A stretch of DNA of 60,677 bases, filler included, from Nemertoderma westbladi (GCA_032718475.1; 3 parts of 3 records of this genome joined end to end with filler, not necessarily neighbours in it); one strand, 5' to 3'. Numbered from the whole stretch's first letter, positions 34,251 through 48,940 are shown. The notes: generated from the sequence alone by a model not told the origin. Numbers and translations: made by a program.

Positions 34251-37171
34251 AGTTACCTAACTTGCCCCCTCCCCAGTGAGAAGGGAATTAGCCAGCGCAA
34301 ATTAGGGGGAGGCAATAAATTTCCAAATTATTATGTGGAGGATATTCGATTCGGCCTTACATACATTCGTTGACCATCATAAAATAATTATATTAGCTTA
34401 TAACCCTACAACGTAATCTATAAATTAGATTAGTAACAACCATTAACCAAACCAATTTTTTATCTAATGTTTGATTAAACGTAACACATAAGTAACACAT
34501 AAAGCCGCATAAAGTTCTCAGTGGAAATTATTTAGAAACAAGATTATTCATTTGTTGACCTCTATCTCTCTCTCTCTAGTAATTGCTGTGGGTAATATAT
34601 AGCCGTGAATGATTCATTTATTATTCGGATTTCCATGGAGCCTCAATTTCATATCCAATATTATATATTTTCGTAATTTTAAAATCATTTTTTTTCCATT
34701 TTATAAATGTGTCACACTTTTATTACTGCAAAATGTTTTTCTTTTTAATTTTCGTTTAGGTACTATTTATTACTGCTTGTTTAACTCACATTACGGTCTC
34801 CTCTGTTGTGTAGATTTTTTCTTCCCTCTCTGCTTCCTTGAGAAAGTTACGAACATCACTCTCAGTGACTGGAATGGAAGATGTTAGAACTAATAATTGG
34901 AGTGTTAAGAATATTAAAATCTAGAGAATATGTTTCACAGTCTGTTGTCAGACCTAATATTTCATAAAGTTGTATTTTCAAAATTTCGAAAATAATTTGA
35001 TTGTAAGCGGACGAAGTTTACCTATATTATATTAGCCTTTTACCTTTACGTTTATCGTTTACATTTACGTTAGCCCTACCTATTAAAATAAGTTAATTTT
35101 TAGGAAGTAGACGATCCAACAGTAAAATTTAGCCACGGTCTCAAAATCTTATCTTCCTGTGTTCCTAAGGGGACATTTGAAATAAAAAATTATAACACAA
35201 ACGGGTAGTTGTTACGGGATTCAACCCTGAGAGCACTTCAATACTCAAAAACCAATATGTCACCTTAAACAGTTGATAGCCAAAAATGGGAAACAATTAA
35301 CACCCCAGTTTGTCAGCTAGAAAGGTCAAGCTGACAAATAGAAAGCCTTGCATGTGGAACCCAATTAGAATCACATGACTGCGCTACCAGTTATTACAGT
35401 ATACCATTGTATTCACTATTATATTATTGGTTGAATGTACATGGGGAAGCATTAGGCCACTCCATATTGTATTGCGGTTAGATACCTATAAGGGGCAACA
35501 TTCCAATGTTATGTTACCATGACTAGGTGAGAAGGAGTCATCCTATTAGCTAAGAATAAATAAACCCATTAATCTGCCACCCCATAACCAAAGTTATTGG
35601 CAAGCTGAACCAATAGGAAAATACCTATCCTGACCTGTTTGGTCAGGATAGACTAATCACCATCCTTCTCTCTAGGTAGGATAATACCGAGTGTTACTGT
35701 GAAATATAGTTCAGTGTTGCAATGTCTTCTATTGAGATAGCGCATTAGTTTTTTCGGTGTAGGATTTGCAAGGATGCACTTTGGTGTAACCGTATGTAGG
35801 TACCACTATAGACCTAGAGAGTTCGTTGTGCATCACATATGGCTCAGACCTTGAGCTATTACTGGTTATTGTTTATAATATATATATTAGTTTAACGCGG
35901 TTAGTACTGTAGTAGGAGACGTAGTGCGATAGAGGATGGGGAGGGGGGAATTTAATGGTTTGTAGTAGACATAGTGATAGAGGGTAAGGGGTGGGGGTTA
36001 TTAACAGTTAGTAGTATAGGGGGGGGGGGGGGGGTGTTTTGTTTAACTGTGTTAATTTAAAAAAATGTTAAAAAGTTAAATTTGTTAATAGGAAGTAGGA
36101 ATGTTTGTTAATATGAGGCATGTTTTCTCTGATCGTAATGGTTGTTATCAGGTTAAATGTGTAACCTCTATCTCATTGCTCTCGTCGTTATTGGTTCATT
36201 TTGTATAAGTCAGTGGGATATTTGGTCTGTTGCCTGTAGGGGTTGACAGTATTTGATATTGATAACTCATGGTCGGTTATGAGTGTTTCATTAATGGTGT
36301 AGGAATGGGAGCATTGCATGGTGGTTGGAAGGTCTGTAATTCGAGAGTCACTGGTGATTGTTTATTATAGTCCATTAGCTGGAGTCATAAATCAACAGTT
36401 GACATGTTTATTCGTTTTAAAAAATTCCCCATAGATGTTGTTGGTTTGTTCTTTTCAGGTTGATGCTAGGTGAATATTCAATGTATCAGGGGTATAATTT
36501 TATCTCCATCGATAAAATCGCGCTTTATCAATAAGATGATAGCAAATTGGGTATCTTTGGGTTGTTGTTGATATCATTATAAATGTAATGAAAGGGCAGT
36601 GGTGATGTGACATTGATTTTTGATGTGGTATAGTAGTGAGATGTAGTGGTAATCTGTTAATTGGGAGGGGAATAGTGTTTAGATGGCTTGTTTTGTTGGG
36701 TATTTAGGAGAGATATTGTCCGTTATCATTATAGGTATAGAACCTTTATTAAATAGTAATAGTATTTATTACTAACTAATCCAATTTTATTCTGTTTTTC
36801 TGAAGTTGGGACGGTAGTTTGAGCGTTTTAAAGCAAAAAGTGGAAGATTTAGTTGGGAATTTGTTAGTTTGGTAGTGCGCTAATGCTGTCTGTATCTTAC
36901 CCATAGAAGCCCAGCACAACACCTACAGGGGGTATTTAAGGAATACCCTACCCTGGGTTAGATGTCTCTAGTGTTGCCACTAAAAGTTGCGGAACCCTAT
37001 ACCGCATGGAAATTAAAATCTCAGAAAGTAAAAAATTTTGTAAAATTGGATGAAAGGGCCTGAAAATATTTAAATTAATTCAATTGAAATATTTCTGAAA
37101 AATATACATGAAAAAGAAGTAAATATCAGCCATATTAATTGCCAATTTGTTCGTTAGTTTATACCATGCTA

Positions 37172-39341
37172 CTACTACTACTAGGATCGGCATGCTGCAT
37201 TGCTGCTGCATTTTTAAGAATGCTGTGCCGGCTTGTCAACAAAATTGCACCGCCAAAACTCCCTATCACCCATGACATTTGCTAGATCATCCGCATCTTT
37301 AAGGCCAGTGTCCTTTAAGATGCGTCTCAAGAAAGTCATGGGCTGTCCACCATGCTTATTCACTCCATGAGGCTGCCAAAGTACAAGATTATGCACTGGC
37401 TGGACCTCACGGCGAAAGCAATGTCCTGCAAAGCGGAGGCGATTTTGTTCTAGTGTCAAGCTTGGGGGAACCAATGAGACACCGCCAATGTTATATAGTG
37501 TCTGGTTGGAGATGTGTGCATTGTACTTGACACAATGAACCCGGCGTAGCATTCTTGTGAATGTGCTATCCAGAGATTTGGTGTCCTCAGCAGTTAGAGC
37601 CCAGCATGGACTCCCATAGAGGAGTACTGGAACTACTGCTGCTCTAAATAATCGGACCTTAAGTTTCCAATTAATTCTCGGTGACTTCCAAATCCAGGAA
37701 AGCCTATTCAAGGCTGCCCATGCCTTTCGCTTACGTATTCGAAGGTCCTCACCTGACTTCCGGATCCATGATCCCAGGTAACAGAAGTCGTCCACATGCT
37801 CAAGCATACCATCCTTTGAGCTTATGCTCATCCGATCAGAGACTTGCTGAAGACTTTCAAAGTTAACTGTCAAAATTTTGGTCTTTCTGGAGTTAATAAA
37901 AAGACCAACACTAGAAGCAGCATGTTCTAATGAGCTGAGGAGCCGTTGGGCTCCCTCTAATGATTCTGAGAGTACTCCTAAGTCATCAGCAAATTCTAGA
38001 TCAGTTAGGTACTTGGCAGGATTTCCTCGACTTCTGGAGCCAGTAGGTGGAGTTATCATCACCCCATCATCAATATGATGATCTAAGGGCATGCGTAGAA
38101 CATAGTCAACCACAATAATGAACAAGAATGGTGCAAGTGTGTCTCCTTGGAGGACGCCCCATAACACTTCAAATGGTTCTGTGTCACCGTCAACAGTAGA
38201 CACAAATGTTGTCGAACCATCGTATACTGATCTGATTGCTGCAATAATTTCATCAGGAATCCCATATAATGAAAGTATGCTGAACATACGTGAGCGAGAG
38301 ACTGAATCAAAGGCCCTGAAGAAGTCAACAAAGATAACAGCCAGATGCCTGTCTTTCTTTTTTTATAATTCTTCAATTATCCTTCTAAGTGCGAAAATGG
38401 GCTCCATGGTCCCACGACCTTTACGGAACCCATTCTGATTTCCACAGAGCAGTCTCTCAATGGGATCCCTGATGCGATTTAATAGAATCCTATTGTATAG
38501 CTTTGCAGCAATCGAGATCAATGAGATTCCCCGAAAAGAACCATAGAGTGTTAGGTTGCCCTTCTTGGGAACTGGCACCAACTTATTTGTTTTCATTTCT
38601 TGTGGGACTGTTGTTCGGTACATGTCTACTATGATGGGATAGATGAGCTTTAAACACTCAGGTATTTTAAAGACCTCAGGGGGAACACCATCTACTCCAC
38701 TGGCACGATTGGTATTAATGCTCTTTGCAGCAGCCTTCACTTCTGCAAAGGAGATATCGCCAATGGGAATATCTGGGAGTACAGACTCAGACACTTTTAC
38801 TTCTATAAAGTTATCAGGCAATACCCTGTCATTATTGAGGAGCTTTTCAAAGTGGGCTTTCCAACCATTGAGGCGATCGGCTGGTGATTCAGCCTTAACC
38901 TTGGTGGTTGGTTGGCTTTTCCGCCCAGTAAGCAAATTGATCGATTTCCATGCCTGGGATGATTGCCTGCTGTCGTTAGCATCATTGATGGCATCAACCT
39001 GTTGGTTTACTAGCTCCTGTAGATTAACAGAGTACTGCCTGTTCAGGGACCAAGATGCAGCCTTAACTGCATTCTTGGCCGCTGTAGTCTGTTTGAGTCG
39101 GGACTCTTTCTGCGCCTTATGAAGGTCATTTCGGTACTTCTGAATTTTGTTGTCAGTCCAGGGGGCCCTTTTCCTGTTTCGAGGGTATACAGGAACTGTT
39201 TCTGCAGCTGCTAACTTAACTGCTTCTGTAAAGGCAGTATAGCCCTCACAGTGATCTGCCGCTTCAGAGGCAAGAGCCTCATACCTGTTGCTCAGCTGTA
39301 GTGTGAAGCTGGATCTCACACTTGGCTGTTGCAACAGAGAG
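37172..39341 (-). mobile_element. 5'-truncated RTE-like LINE (RT domain) with one frameshift
   Basis: QNGFR.GR, FVDF..AFDS, GVLQGDTLAPFLF and FADD motifs. (TAG)n 3' tail. TSD CCATGCTA at 37164-37171 and 39342-39349. Frameshift near 38360. Confidence 0.9.
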
Positions 39342-40047
39342 CCATGCTAGTTGAATTACAATCCCAGTATTTTGTACAGATGTCAGATTTGTACAGTATA
39401 AATTACCTTAATTTTTAACATGCATGATTATGTAAGAGTACGTATTGACACTCGCCGAAATGATAGGTGATCATTGCAATTAATTTAGTAAAAGTTTTGA
39501 ACAATATGTACAGTATTCCATTAAGTGAGATTATGACCGATATTCTCAGTAAATCATGCATTCGTCTTGCAAGCTTACCGCTTTAGTTGTATGATTCAAC
39601 TTATCCTGTTTTTTTTGTATTGGGTACAATCTTTCAGATCGTATGTGTGGGTGGGTGTCGCGGTGTGGGGTAGGGTAGTGGGTTGGTGTATGTTGATTTT
39701 ATGTTCATTTTCGTCGGAGAGCGAGAGTGAGAGAGGTGATGAGTTGGGGCAGTTCCGCGGCAATAATAATACTGCCTCTCAATAAAGTGACCCCCTTTAC
39801 TGCTATCAGGGACGCGTTGTTCGACAGAGCCCCGTCAGCAAAAACAGCCAGTACCGCTAGTCGGTGGGGTTGACTTGTTGACGAGAGGCTATTTACAGAC
39901 GCATCCATCGGTCAACCATTACTGACCTGGTTACTGTTTATTACCTATGATATATTGTTATTATACATAGAAGAAAGTCATTAGTTTTATAAAGTATTAT
40001 TGGTTAAAAAAGTCGATTTAAATGTGCAAAATCTCAACATTGTTTAA

Positions 40048-40953
40048 GGGGGGGGGGGAGGAGGAGGGGGGGGGTTATACCCCCCATGAACCTTTTTTTT
40101 AAAGGGCTGTCAATTAGTCTTAAACGATAATATTGCAATTTTGTCATATTCAACCACTGTATGGAAGGCCAAATAGCCTTTATAGTAAAATATGAAAATT
40201 TATAGCCTCCCCCTAGCGGCTGGCTGCGGAATTAAAGATTTCACTAAAATTGCTACTAGTCCCTCAATTTTGCTCCAAATGTCTTGAAACCAACTTTTTT
40301 GGACTCAGCGTGATCGACTCTACAAAAGTTATCTTATAGAATTTTTAATTAGCCATTTTTATTTTAATTAATTAATTTAATTCATTCATTATCATATTTT
40401 TAATTAAAATTGGCTAATTAGTAAAAATGGTAACATTTATCAAAATTCCATAAGATAACTTTTAAAGAGCTTCCAAAGCTCGTTCGAATGAGCCATAAAC
40501 GAAGAAAATTGGTTGAAAAATGACGGAGGAGTAGTAATTTGAAAATGAAAAATGTCACTCCGAGAAAATGCCCTTCAAAGTTTAAACCGTCCTGCCAAAA
40601 TTGGCTGTCTGTGTTCTGGTTGGTTAATTATTTCTGGGACGAAGGATGCACAGCACACCAACGAGCTAGAATGTTCATTACTGGGGTTTTCGGGGTCGCT
40701 GATTTCATTTCCGATGTCAGTGTTAATTGTTTGTGGAATATAGTCTATCCGTCTGTCTGTTGGTCTTCTGTCATTCTTACAATTTGACGGACAGACCGTC
40801 ATACGGAAAAACAGTGATAACTCGAGAACTGAAATAGGTCTCACTAATCCGTTTTCAGGTTTGCAATCCTCATTAAATTTTGCTCTAGTTGAAATAAAGA
40901 AACAATAATTTGACAATTTTACCTGAGGGGGGGTATACCCCCCCCCCCCCCCC
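40048..40953. mobile_element. Non-autonomous TIR element with TTAA TSD (Kolobok-like)
   Basis: TTAA at 40044-40047 and 40954-40957 flank G-run/C-run termini with GGGGT(T)ATACCCC. No coding capacity. Confidence 0.6.
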
Positions 40954-41356
40954 TTAAAGAATTTATTCCTTATTATGTAGTACTAGTAGCGCCCGAAGTG
41001 CTGAATTAATCCGAATTACGAATAAACAGTACTCCTAACTAACAATAAAATAAACCGCTAAATAAGAAATAAAGTGATAAAAATTGCTCTAAGACATTGA
41101 AATATTTTGAGTAACTTTATACTCTTGGTGGCCCCAACTCGACACCGCACTATGTCCACAAAGTATACAATTTTTGAAATATTATTAATTTGTTTGGTTT
41201 GGGGTGGGGGGGGGGGGGGGGGGGAAATTGGCAAAGGGGGCGAAAATTTGACCTTTGCCCTTTGGCCTTTACAGTATTAAACATTAGATCTAACTAATTA
41301 TTATACCTTTTAACCCTAATAAATACTGACATAAGGTTAGTGAGTGATTGATAATG

Positions 41357-42025
41357 TTATTGCTTACCTCTTTCAATTTCTTCTTTTTTATTATATGGAA
41401 TATCAGCACGCCAACCCAGAAAAACCAGAATGGGAAAAATCATCCAAGTAATAATAGCTTCCCATATCTCAATAACCCCTTTCGAAATTGTAGCTAAAAT
41501 TAAAAACAACCAAAAGTAAGCGAACATGCAGAAGATCGACGTCACCAAAACGACTGCAGCCTTCCTTACCCGGCGAATTTCTCCATTTGGCACAACAACA
41601 ATACAAACAGCTGTCGTTATTAGAAGGTTGAAGGCTGCGCTTCCAACAATAGCCACAGGTCCAATGTCACCAAACTCGAAATTATGACCTAGAAATTCTA
41701 TAAGCGTGATCATAAGCAATGGTGTGTTGCTTCCCAATGGCAATAGCGTTAAGTTGGCTACGGTTTCATTCCAAACTCGCACTTCAATCTCTTTATGTCC
41801 ATATTCATCCGGTATTTTGATTGTTCGTGTTTTTGAAGTTATCGTCTCGATTGCCACGGCAAACTCTTCAGCAAGAATAGTAAGCCCTAAGAACGTGTAC
41901 AATAGACCGATGGTGTAGAGAATGGCCCTGATTCCAGTGAACCACGTGGACTCGTCAAACAAAGGTAAAGCAAGCCCTACGTCGCATTTATAGAAATAGG
42001 TCTCGTTCATGATTTCTGTGGTCAT
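41357..42025 (-). CDS. SLC8/NCX Na+/Ca2+ exchanger-like N-terminal TM region (probably an exon ending at 41368)
   Basis: VWNETVANLTL..LGS, GHNF..GDIGP..IVGSAAFN, FAYFWL, GVIEIWE. Splice donor GAG/GTAAG at 41368/41367. Confidence 0.85.
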   Translation of the reverse strand: MTTEIMNETYFYKCDVGLALPLFDESTWFTGIRAILYTIGLLYTFLGLTILAEEFAVAIETITSKTRTIKIPDEYGHKEIEVRVWNETVANLTLLPLGSNTPLLMITLIEFLGHNFEFGDIGPVAIVGSAAFNLLITTAVCIVVVPNGEIRRVRKAAVVLVTSIFCMFAYFWLFLILATISKGVIEIWEAIITWMIFPILVFLGWRADIPYNKKEEIERGKQ

Positions 42026-42456
42026 CTAATCCAGGAACTCACATAGACGACATTATTCATTAAATAGTATAATATATTAGTATAAAATTGTATACAATGC
42101 TTTATTATATATTTTTATTATAAAAATAATCTGTCTCTTTCTTATAATTGTACAAAACAAATTGATGGTTCAAGCATATTGAACGTAAATAGACTCCGTC
42201 TTAGCTTTTAACTTTGGTTACTTAATTTCTATGCACATTGAAAACTTTGACTTTTAATATCAATATCCCGTTTTAGTTGATTTTTGAAATCCATTAAGTT
42301 GTCCAAAAGGACAGCTTCTTTAGCCCATTGTATTTTTATTCCGTTAAGTATAATATTATGAGTCGGAGGATCCAAGTTTTTCCCAATCTATAGAGGTCAA
42401 AGGCCTTTTTTTTAAGGTCAAAGTCCAATAAACAACCATATACGGGGGTAACCGTC

Positions 42457-42760
42457 TTACTGAAATGTAAAACAACCTCTGTTACCGCCCATGGACATTG
42501 TACACATTACCGTACCTGATTTCTTAACAAACCAAAATTGAAATTCGTCTAATTTTATATTATCCTGTTGCGAAACAAACAACGCCCACTCAAACACCTT
42601 TAAAATAATTAATGAAATCGCGATACCCCTATAGTTACTAGAACTACCTATATCCCCCAAATTATTCTTAATAATGGGAACTAATGCCCAGCTGACTATA
42701 CACTTGGGAACAAAGCTATTGATTAGCATTCCTTTAAAGAGTGTATATTTTTTCTGGAAC
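42457..42760 (-). pseudogene. LINE RT fragment
   Basis: LVPIIK..GD..SSSNYRGIAIS..ILKVFE..QF.F. Confidence 0.7.
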
Positions 42761-43619
42761 ACATTTTTTCTGGAACACTGCACCACCGTTAATAATACAG
42801 TCAGAGTCAAAACCATAAAAAACATCAGATTTCCCACTTTTTTATCTACTCAAGGCCGAATTAATTATTTTTTCAGTAAGCAATACAGTAAAATCTAAAT
42901 CGATATTCCCATTTAATATCTATCTCCCATGGTTGCACTGCCCAAAGACCGAACGAAACCCATATTATATTCCTACAGCTAAGTGGAAAGATCAACTCGC
43001 AAGACATGGTATACAAACATCTCAAATTAATTTAAAATGGGTCTATTTAAAAATATTATACTGTAATATGGTTTACAAAGATAATTGGTGAATCATTCAC
43101 TTATATTAAACATTTTTCTTGGGTCTTTACTATATAGCCTATACTTGAGTGCGATTTGGCACAATACTGTGCCAGAAATATATGACAATATATTTCCTAT
43201 TCCATTAATAAAACGTTATCAAATAATAAAAAAAACAATAACAATGTTAGAATGACTTCTCCAATAACCATAGAAACGCAAATGTAACCGAATCGTCATC
43301 AGCTCGTGCAATTAAGATTCATAAATAAATATTTAAAAAGTAGATTATCTTTTAGGTATAAGATAAATAACACCTCCTTAACTGTCATTAATTGACAATG
43401 TGAGGCGAGCTACGAAATCTGGGTAAACGTTTTCATAGCGGTAATCAGTGGATCGTTTTGTATTCGTCGTCGAATAGATAAATATAGTTATTATTTTATC
43501 TTAATGAATCAAATGGGGCGTATATTTTCCACATGGAAAAATTATGAAGAATTAAAGAATATAATTTTAGTTGCACTTACAGTAAAAGTAGAGAACGATG
43601 TATTGTATTAGTATTAGAT

Positions 43620-45700
43620 AAAAAAAAGAAAAAAAGGCACATAACCGGATAAAAGGATTTATATTAATTAAAAATTAAGGTAGGTCATTTAGGTAGAGAG
43701 CGGAGCGGATCTCGCAGTCGAGACGTGGTACTTTGCAGCACTTGTTAAAGTGATGTTTGTCTGTGCACTGCTTGGCACACAGAGAGCAGACACAATCGGG
43801 TGTAGGACGCCAACACTTGCTCGTGCAGAATTTGTGATGGAAACCATTAGATAGAAAGAGTGCAGCGGCGCGACGGCGGTGACCCGTTAGGTTGTTAATG
43901 TTTATCTCATTACAACCAGAGGTCGTTGCATGGTCAACTGCACTTAGAATGGCTGTAGAGGAGGAAAATTTCGTCACTCCACACCACAGTTTCCAGTAGA
44001 ACGCCCTTACTTTAGCGACGTGGTTGAGTTCTTCCACGGGGTCTGATGTAAACACGCTGCACCCATAGGTAATAGCAGGGAGAATTATAGCAGTCCAGAG
44101 CTTCCTAGCGGTGGTAGCGTTGGTGCAGGTTAGTTTCACTTTTGTCGATAGCATCATGCAGCAGGCTATACCTTTTTTGTATTTTTCGTTGAAATGGCCA
44201 CTTGATACGTTCTTTGTAGTGGGTGTGACACCAAGGTAATTAAATGTGTTGACAAACTCTATTTTGGATCCCTTATAATGCAACTCTGGTCAGATCTCGC
44301 CAGATGACCACCGCGTCGGAACTTCATCGCCTTTGTTTTGGATGTATTTACATTTAGGTTATTGGAATCACAGTATACCGATAGAGCATCGAGGGCAACC
44401 TGCATATCTTCGATTGTGTTTGCGGTGATAGCAACGTCATCTGCGTACATTATAACCCAGCAACCAATCGCTATCAGGATAGGCGGCAAGTCGTAGATGA
44501 ATAAGCTGAACAGTAACGGTGATAATTTATCACCTTGGGCGAGGCCTATAGTTTGGGTGATTGGTTCTGAGATAAAGATGCCAAAGCAAATACATATGTA
44601 ATTGGTGGCTATAATCGCCCAGATAACTGATATGAAGTGTTTGCTGACCCCGATTGTTGATAGTTTGTGAGCTAATTTGGGACGGTCAATCGAGTCGAAC
44701 GCCTTCGAGAAATCCACAAAAACGCAGTAGATGTGGCCTCCGGATGGTGCAAGGGCAGATTTAATTCGTTTATAGAGTAGATTGACCGCCATTAGTGTTG
44801 AACGACCTCGGCGAAATCCATATTGACAGGCTGGAATTACGTTGGTTAACTCGGCCCAAAGGTACAGTCTGTTATATAATACGGTGGAATAGGTCTTCAA
44901 GAAACATGATAATAATGCTATTCCCCGGTAGTTACCCGGAGCTGATTTGGAACCTTTTCCTTTGTAGAGTGGGATTAGGTATGACATAAGCCACCTTGCG
45001 GGGCATGATGCAGTGGAGAAACAAAGGAGGAAGAAAGTTAAAATGTATGGAAGTAGGTGACCAAATCCAGCTTTCAAGGATTCGTTTGAAATACCGTCTG
45101 GCCCAGTGGATTTGTTATTCTTTTGAGAGTATACAGAAGCAGTTACTTCAGAGTCCTTTATTGGTGCATCCAGATCGGCGTTTGGTTGATCCGGAAGGTC
45201 GGGGAGAGTAGGTGGTTCATCAGCTGTTAGTAATGCAGAGAAATGGTCAGACCATGCTTCTGCAGTGACCTGTTGAGCGCCACAAGTTGACTTACGGCGT
45301 CCGGTAGTTATGTTCCAGAACATTGAGTCTTTGGATTCACATCTCTTAATCAGACTGTGTTCACCTTGTGTAAGGAAAACTTTTTTTCTTATTTGTTAAG
45401 AGAATCTTGTAGTCCTTTTGTTGAGCCTGGTATTGCTCATGGGAAGGTTGTGATGGGTTTTGTTTCATACTCTCGAGGGCATTCCGCAGTTTTCGTTTGG
45501 CATTGTAGCAACTGCTGTCAAACCATTGTTTTGACTTTCGTTTGTGTCTGGTGGTTCCACATGCAGCAATAGCTTCCGTTATTATTTTATCTTAATTCGT
45601 ATATCATCAACTGCATGGAGGCAGATGTGGATGGTAATGAGGAACCGATGGAATCACGGCTCCCGAGTGATTGCATGGAGGCTGTTACCTATCTACTTTA
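43620..45700 (-). mobile_element. 5'-truncated non-LTR retrotransposon (RT + Cys/His-rich C-terminus), one frameshift
   Basis: NYRGIAL, QYGFRRGRST, FVDFSKAFDS, QGDKLSPLLF, YADD, FNYLG; C-terminal FHHKFC..C..C.C..C..HH..C. Frameshift near 44283. Confidence 0.88.
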
Positions 45701-45814
45701 GAAACGCAGCAGTTTCAGTGCCAGCTCAATCATTAATAAATTACATATGTCTAAATTTATGTCAAAGTTACAAAGCAAACACTATAATTTATAAATTTAA
45801 AGAACATTATAGGT

Positions 45815-47310
45815 AAGGTGGGGATGATTAATTTAATACAACAAAAGTGGTTCAAGGTCTACACCCACCGACAAGTAACAAAAAGAAAGGGTTTCACAGT
45901 GAGCTTTCTGCCTCTCCTAGAGGCCTTACTCAGGCTTTATTAAAGTTAGAAGTACAGTAAGAATAAATGCTGAAATACCACAACAATACAGGTAGGCCTA
46001 CCGGTACAACCAGTTAGAATAAATACCTAATAATAAAACAATAAAATAGGACATGGGGTCTATTCCCTCAGATACTACCTAGCATTTAGGGCCACTTGGG
46101 CCACTGTTAGTACTCAGGCACTAGGCCCATCAAAAAACACAAAATACCAAATCGATTTTAGTGCTACATAACCCAACCCAACTACCACAAGAAAAATTGC
46201 TACAGGCATTGCAACAGTAACTACAGGTTCCGGTAAGTATTGCACGAAATAGGCTAGCCGAAAAGGTAAGTCTAAGTAATAAATTTTATAAAAATAAAAG
46301 GGTTTCGGAGATTTAAACACTGAACCCTGGGATTCGTGGTTCTCATCATCAGCAGTGTGCCACGAACCCCACCTCTACCCTAACAAAACTGCACCACTAA
46401 ATTAAGACAATGACCAATAAATTAGAAATCCTACCGTACCACCAAACAGAGTTGAAACCACCCACCCCCAATGTATGTTACCATCAGCCCCAAATGCATA
46501 AACATGATTTCCCAACTGAATGCAACCAACCCCAATTAGCACCTACCGGTATGTACAGATATATGATCAGATTTTTAAACAAAATTGCGCAGATGTCAGG
46601 AAATACCCCTTTAAATATATAATTATATGATGTTGACAACCACGACTTTAGAGGGATTGTAATATTAATATTAAAACAATAAAATAGGACATGGGGTCTA
46701 TTCCCTCAGATACTACCTAGCATTTAGGGCATTTAGCTATTTTATTGTTTTAATATTAATATTACAATCCCTCTAAAGTCGTGGTTGTCAACATCATATA
46801 ACAAAATTCATGACTGCGGGGATATTCTTTGACTTAATTCCTTCAATCAGTCTCCATAGTGCAAGTAGTCCGTAGTACAAACAAGTGTTGGGTGGTATGT
46901 CCAACATATCCCCCCCTTACAAGAGGGACACGAGAAAGAGTAAACGACATTAGACGCAAGGATATCTGGGACGGAGAGTGTTTGGCTCGTGCTGCGCGAG
47001 GGCCCCATGGCGCACTGTCTTTAGTTGTACCGTGTAGGCCTACCGGTCTGGCCGTGGCAAGACGCAACTTTCGAACAAGTTGCCCGACCTCGGTACTCAA
47101 ACTGTACAGCTAATTGGCTTTGGATCATCAGCAGCTGCGCTAGGTCCTCTCGGTGTGGCACTGATATTAGTGGCTCGTCTGTGTGTTTCCATTATTTTCC
47201 ATATCATGGTTAAAAAAATCATATATTTTTTGCTAAGATTTACTTGTCGGGTGTAGGAACCTTGAACCACTTTCTGTAATAATATTAGAATTAGTCAGTA
47301 CCTCACCTTA
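45815..47310. mobile_element. Degenerate element with about 65-bp imperfect terminal inverted repeats
   Basis: TAAGGTG..AAAGTGGTTCAAGGT..CTACACCC..GACAAGTAA at about 45815-45878 is inverted at about 47239-47310. Confidence 0.6.
46623..46801. repeat. Perfect inverted repeat, 65-bp arms and 49-bp spacer
   Basis: 46623-46687 is the exact reverse complement of 46737-46801. Confidence 0.93.
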
Positions 47311-47390
47311 TACAAATTAGAAAAAATTAAATAATATATAAAATTACACAATTATATAGTATTGTACAATTTCTCTGTTTACATTTTTAG

Positions 47391-48006
<616 letters not shown>

Positions 48007-48162
48007 TAAGTCACAGAGGTTTACTAACAGTAGATACATACCGGTACAACTGTAGGCCTAGGTATGGAATACTAAATATACACGGAAGGACAAAATGTCT
48101 TCTACCCCTGGAGGCAATCTTTTTATTATATAAAATGATAGATATGGATGACAGAAAACCGC

Positions 48163-48840
48163 TGCTACTACTACTAGGATCGGCATGCTGCATTGCAGCT
48201 GCATTTTTAAGAATGCTGTGCCGGCTTGTCGACAAAATTGCACCGCCACAACTCCCTATCACCCATGACATTTGCTAGATCATCCGCATCTTCAAGGCCA
48301 GTGTCCTTTAAGATGCGTCTCAAGAAAGTCATGGGCTGTCCACCATGCTTATTCACTCCATGAGGCTGCCAAAGTACAAGATTATGCACTGGCTGGTCCT
48401 CACGGCGAAAGCAATGTCCTGCAAAGCGGAGGCGATTTTGTTCTAGTGTCAAGCTTGGGGGAACCAATGAGACACCTCCAATGTTATATAGTGTCTGGTT
48501 GGAGATGTGTGCATTGTACTTGACACAATGAACCCGGCGTAGCATTCTTGTGAATGTGCCATCCAGAGATTTGGTGTCCTCAGCAGTTAGAGCCCAGCAT
48601 GGACTCCCATAGAGGAGTACTGGAACTACTGCTGCTCTAAATAATCGGACCTTAAGTTTCCGATTAATTCTCGGTGACTTCCAAATCCTGGAAAGCCTAT
48701 TCAAGGCTGCCCATGCCTTTCCCTTACGTATTCGAAGGTCCTCACCTGACTTCCGGATCCATGATCCCAGGTAACAGAAGTCGTCCACATGCTCAAGCAT
48801 ACCATCCTTTGAGCTTATGCTCATCCGATCAGAGACTTGC
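48163..48840 (-). mobile_element. Second copy of the RTE-like LINE (3' end), in a PKG intron, cut by the gap
   Basis: Near-identical to 37172-37850, with the same (TAG)n tail. Confidence 0.93.
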
Positions 48841-48940
48841 NNNNNNNNNNNNNNNNNNNNNNNNNNNNNNNNNNNNNNNNNNNNTTAATTAATTAANNNN
48901 NNNNNNNNNNNNNNNNNNNNNNNNNNNNNNNNNNNNNNNN
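48841..48940. other. Artificial contig linker
   Basis: N run with a central TTAATTAATTAA. Confidence 0.97.
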
